From Auanema rhodensis (Eukaryota > Animalia > Nematoda): DNA of 64,000 nt. A program made the translations under genes and the position numbers. Positions 59,820 to 64,000 of the stretch are shown piece by piece. Position 1 is the first letter of the stretch; every line of letters begins with the position of its first letter. Where the stretch lies: the NCBI GenBank assembly GCA_964057225.1, contig OZ059897.1, positions 9,424,001-9,488,000 on the forward strand. The letters are read 5' to 3'. The notes below the pieces were generated by a model. The model did no database searches, was not told the DNA's origin, and saw only the letters and a program-made list of their open reading frames with translations.

Positions 59820-62800
59820 CAAGAATTATTCTGATTTCATCTGCATAAAGATCCAGTAGAAAATTACCTTTTGCTCTGAACATCTAAATGATTCAATACA
59901 ATATCAGAAATCACAGCCCGGTTAGCTCAGTCGGTAGAGCACCAGACTCTTAATCTGGCTGTCGCGGGTTCGAGCCCCGCATCGGGCTTTGAGTTTTACC
60001 TTTTATTTGAAATTATAACGTTTATTTTGAAAATTTATTCCTAACCTCTATCTGATCAGATAGAATTCTGTAGCTGTAACATTGTTTCAGTTCTTAGAAC
60101 TCTGTTTAAGTGTTTTCAAACTTTGTATAGATAACAAGAAAAATGAAATGATAGAGATTGAACACTTCTGAGATCTTGATCCAAGGTTTTTCTGACGGAC
60201 TGATCCATTAGAACCAAAGATTACAAGAATTATTCTGATTTCATCTGCATAAAGATCCAGTAGAAAATTACCTTTTGCTCTGAACATCTAAATGATTCAA
60301 TACAATATCAGAAATCACAGCCCGGTTAGCTCAGTCGGTAGAGCACCAGACTCTTAATCTGGCTGTCGCGGGTTCGAGCCCCGCATCGGGCTTTGAGTTT
60401 TACCTTTTATTTGAAATTATAACGTTTATTTTGAAAATTTATTCCTAACCTCTATCTGATCAGATAGAATTCTGTAGCTGTAACATTGTTTCAGTTCTTA
60501 GAACTCTGTTTAAGTGTTTTCAAACTTTGTATAGATAACAAGAAAAATGAAATGATAGAGATTGAACACTTCTGAGATCTTGATCCAAGGTTTTTCTGAC
60601 GGACTGATCCATTAGAGCCAAAGATTACAAGAATTATTCTGATTTCATCTGCATAAAGATCCAGTAGAAAATTACCTTTTGCTCTGAACATCTAAATGAT
60701 TCAATACAATATCAGAAATCACAGCCCGGTTAGCTCAGTCGGTAGAGCACCAGACTCTTAATCTGGCTGTCGCGGGTTCGAGCCCCGCATCGGGCTTTGA
60801 GTTTTACCTTTTATTTGAAATTATAACGTTTATTTTGAAAATTTATTCCTAACCTCTATCTGATCAGATAGAATTCTGTAGATGTAACATTGTTTCAGTT
60901 CTTAGAACTCTGTTTAAGTGTTTTCAAACTTTGTATAGATAACAAGAAAAATGAAATGATAGAGATAGAACACTTCTGAGATCTTGATCCAAGGTTTTTC
61001 TGACGGACTGATCCATTAGAACCAAAGATTACAAGAATTATTCTGATTTCATCTGCATAAAGATCCAGTAGAAAATTACCTTTTGCTCTGAACATCTAAA
61101 TGATTCAATACAATATCAGAAATCACAGCCCGGTTAGCTCAGTCGGTAGAGCACCAGACTCTTAATCTGGCTGTCGCGGGTTCGAGCCCCGCATCGGGCT
61201 TTGAGTTTTACCTTTTATTTGAAATTATAACGTTTATTTTGAAAATTTATTCCTAACCTCTATCTGATCAGATAGAATTCTGTAGCTGTAACATTGTTTC
61301 AGTTCTTAGAACTCTGTTTAAGTGTTTTCAAACTTTGTATAGATAACAAGAAAAATGAAATGATAGAGATAGAACACTTCTGAGATCTTGATCCAAGGTT
61401 TTTCTGACGGACTGATCCATTAGAACCAAAGATTACAAGAATTATTCTGATTTCATCTGCATAAAGATCCAGTAGAAAATTACCTTTTGCTCTGAACATC
61501 TAAATGATTCAATACAATATCAGAAATCACAGCCCGGTTAGCTCAGTCGGTAGAGCACCAGACTCTTAATCTGGCTGTCGCGGGTTCGAGCCCCGCATCG
61601 GGCTTTGAGTTTTACCTTTTATTTGAAATTATAACGTTTATTTTGAAAATTTATTCCTAACCTCTATCTGATCAGATAGAATTCTGTAGCTGTAACATTG
61701 TTTCAGTTCTTAGAACTCTGTTTAAGTGTTTTCAAACTTTGTATAGATAACAAGAAAAATGAAATGATAGAGATAGAACACTTCTGAGATCTTGATCCAA
61801 GGTTTTTCTGACGGACTGATCCATTAGAACCAAAGATAATAAGAATTATTCTGATTTCACCTGCATAAAGATCCAGTAGAAAATTACCTTTTGCTCTGAA
61901 CATCTAAATGATTCAATACAATATCAGAAATCACAGCCCGGTTAGCTCAGTCGGTAGAGCACCAGACTCTTAATCTGGCTGTCGCGGGTTCGAGCCCCGC
62001 ATCGGGCTTTGAGTTTTACCTTTTATTTGAAATTATAACGTTTATTTTGAAAATTTATTCCTAACCTCTTTCTGATCAGATAGATTTCTGTAGATGTAAC
62101 ATTGTTTCAGTTCTTAGAACTCTGTTTAAGTGTTTTCAAACTTTGTATAGATAACAAGAAAAATGAAATGATAGAGATAGAACACTTCTAAGATCTTGAT
62201 CCAAGGTTTTTCTGACGGACTGATCCATTAGAACCAAAGATTACAAGAATTATTCTGATTTCATCTGCATAAAGATCCAGTAGAAAATTACCTTTTGCTC
62301 TGAACATCTAAATGATTCAATACAATATCAGAAATCACAGCCCGGTTAGCTCAGTCGGTAGAGCACCAGACTCTTAATCTGGCTGTCGCGGGTTCGAGCC
62401 CCGCATCGGGCTTTGAGTTTTACCTTTTATTTGAAATTATAACGTTTATTTTGAAAATTTATTCCTAACCTCTATCTGATCAGATAGAATTCTGTAGATG
62501 TAACATTGTTTCAGTTCTTAGAACTCTGTTTAAGTGTTTTCAAACTTTGTATAGATAACAAGAAAAATGAAATGATAGAGATAGAACACTTCTGAGATCT
62601 TGATCCAAGGTTTTTCTGACGGACTGATCCATTAGAACCAAAGATTACAAGAATTATTCTGATTTCATCTGCATAAAGATCCAGTAGAAAATTACCTTTT
62701 GCTCTGAACATCTAAATGATTCAATACAATATCAGAAATCACAGCCCGGTTAGCTCAGTCGGTAGAGCACCAGACTCTTAATCTGGCTGTCGCGGGTTCG

Positions 62801-64000
62801 AGCCCCGCATCGGGCTTTGAGTTTTACCTTTTATTTGAAATTATAACGTTTATTTTGAAAATTTATTCCTAACCTCTATCTGATCAGATAGAATTCTGTA
62901 GCTGTAACATTGTTTCAGTTCTTAGAACTCTGTTTAAGTGTTTTCAAACTTTGTATAGATAACAAGAAAAATGAAATGATAGAGATAGAACACTTCTGAG
63001 ATCTTGATCCAAGGTTTTTCTGACGGACTGATCCATTAGAACCAAAGATTACAAGAATTATTCTGATTTCATCCGCATAAAGATCCAGTAGAAAATTACC
63101 TTTTGCTCTGAACATCTAAATGATTCAATACAATTTTAGAAATCACAGCCCGGTTAGCTCAGTCGGTAGAGCACCAGACTCTTAATCTGGCTGTCGCGGG
63201 TTCGAGCCCCGCATCGGGCTTTAAGTTTTACCTTTTATTTGAAATTATAACGTTTATTTTGAAAATTTATTCCTAACCTCTATCTGATCAGATAGAATTC
63301 TGTAGCTGTAACATTGTTTCAGTTCTTAGAACTCTGTTTAAGTGTTTTCAAACTTTGTATAGATAACAAGAAAAATGAAATGATAGAGATAGAACACTTC
63401 TGAGATCTTGATCCAAGGTTTTTCTGACGGACTGATCCATTAGAACCAAAGATTACAAGAATTATTCTGATTTCATCTGCATAAAGATCCAGTAGAAAAT
63501 TACCTTTTGCTCTGAACATCTAAATGATTCAATACAATTTTAGAAATCACAGCCCGGTTAGCTCAGTCGGTAGAGCACCAGACTCTTAATCTGGCTGTCG
63601 CGGGTTCGAGCCCCGCATCGGGCTTTAAGTTTTACCTTTTATTTGAAATTATAACGTTTATTTTGAAAATTTATTCCTAACCTCTATCTGATCAGATAGA
63701 ATTCTGTAGCTGTAACATTGTTTCAGTTCTTAGAACTCTGTTTAAGTGTTTTCAAACTTTGTATAGATAACAAGAAAAATGAAATGATAGAGATAGAACA
63801 CTTCTGAGATCTTGATCCAAGGTTTTTCTGACGGACTGATCCATTAGAACCAAAGATTACAAGAATTATTCTGATTTCATCTGCATAAAGATCCAGTAGA
63901 AAATTACCTTTTGCTCTGAACATCTAAATGATTCAATACAATTTTAGAAATCACAGCCCGGTTAGCTCAGTCGGTAGAGCACCAGACTCTTAATCTGGCT
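59820..64000 (+). repeat. tRNA-Lys(CTT) array, block 5 (10 full copies from 59916, plus a copy at 63956 cut by the window end)
   Basis: 404-bp periodicity continues to the window edge. Confidence 0.98.

Noticed and set aside
32593-63923. Repeated 66-aa minus-strand ORF (MFRAKGNF...)
   Set aside because: It lies in the array spacer, opens only when one SNP (CTAAG to CTGAG) removes a stop, and has no recognisable domain; a by-product of the repeat.

Overview
Eukaryotic, very probably nematode, AT-rich locus. The backbone is a highly homogeneous head-to-tail array of a 404-bp unit carrying one tRNA-Lys(CTT) gene on the + strand. I count 80 full-length copies, one copy split by an insertion and one cut by the window end. 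Five LTR-element insertions from four families interrupt the array. (1) An intact 13.0-kb BEL/Pao (Belpaoviridae) element, 11428-24436, inserted inside a tRNA gene. It has a Gag-PR-RT-RH-IN-Gn/Gc (phlebovirus-like Env) polyprotein, an embedded tRNA-like A/B-box unit and a separate zinc-knuckle ORF. (2) A 366-bp probable solo LTR, 27354-27719. (3) An intact 12.3-kb Ty3/gypsy element, 34608-46927. Its single 3081-codon ORF has the unusual order Gag - signal peptide - herpes gB-like (class III) Env with a mucin-like insert - TM - PR-RT-RH-IN, and an orphan ORF follows it. (4,5) Two copies of a 2.7-kb non-autonomous gypsy-type element duplicated together with five array units. None of the LTRs has canonical TG...CA ends. 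The strongest candidates for an undescribed system are the Gag-Env-Pol gypsy element and the set of envelope-bearing elements colonising a tRNA array. Homology calls come from motif recognition by eye, not database searches.
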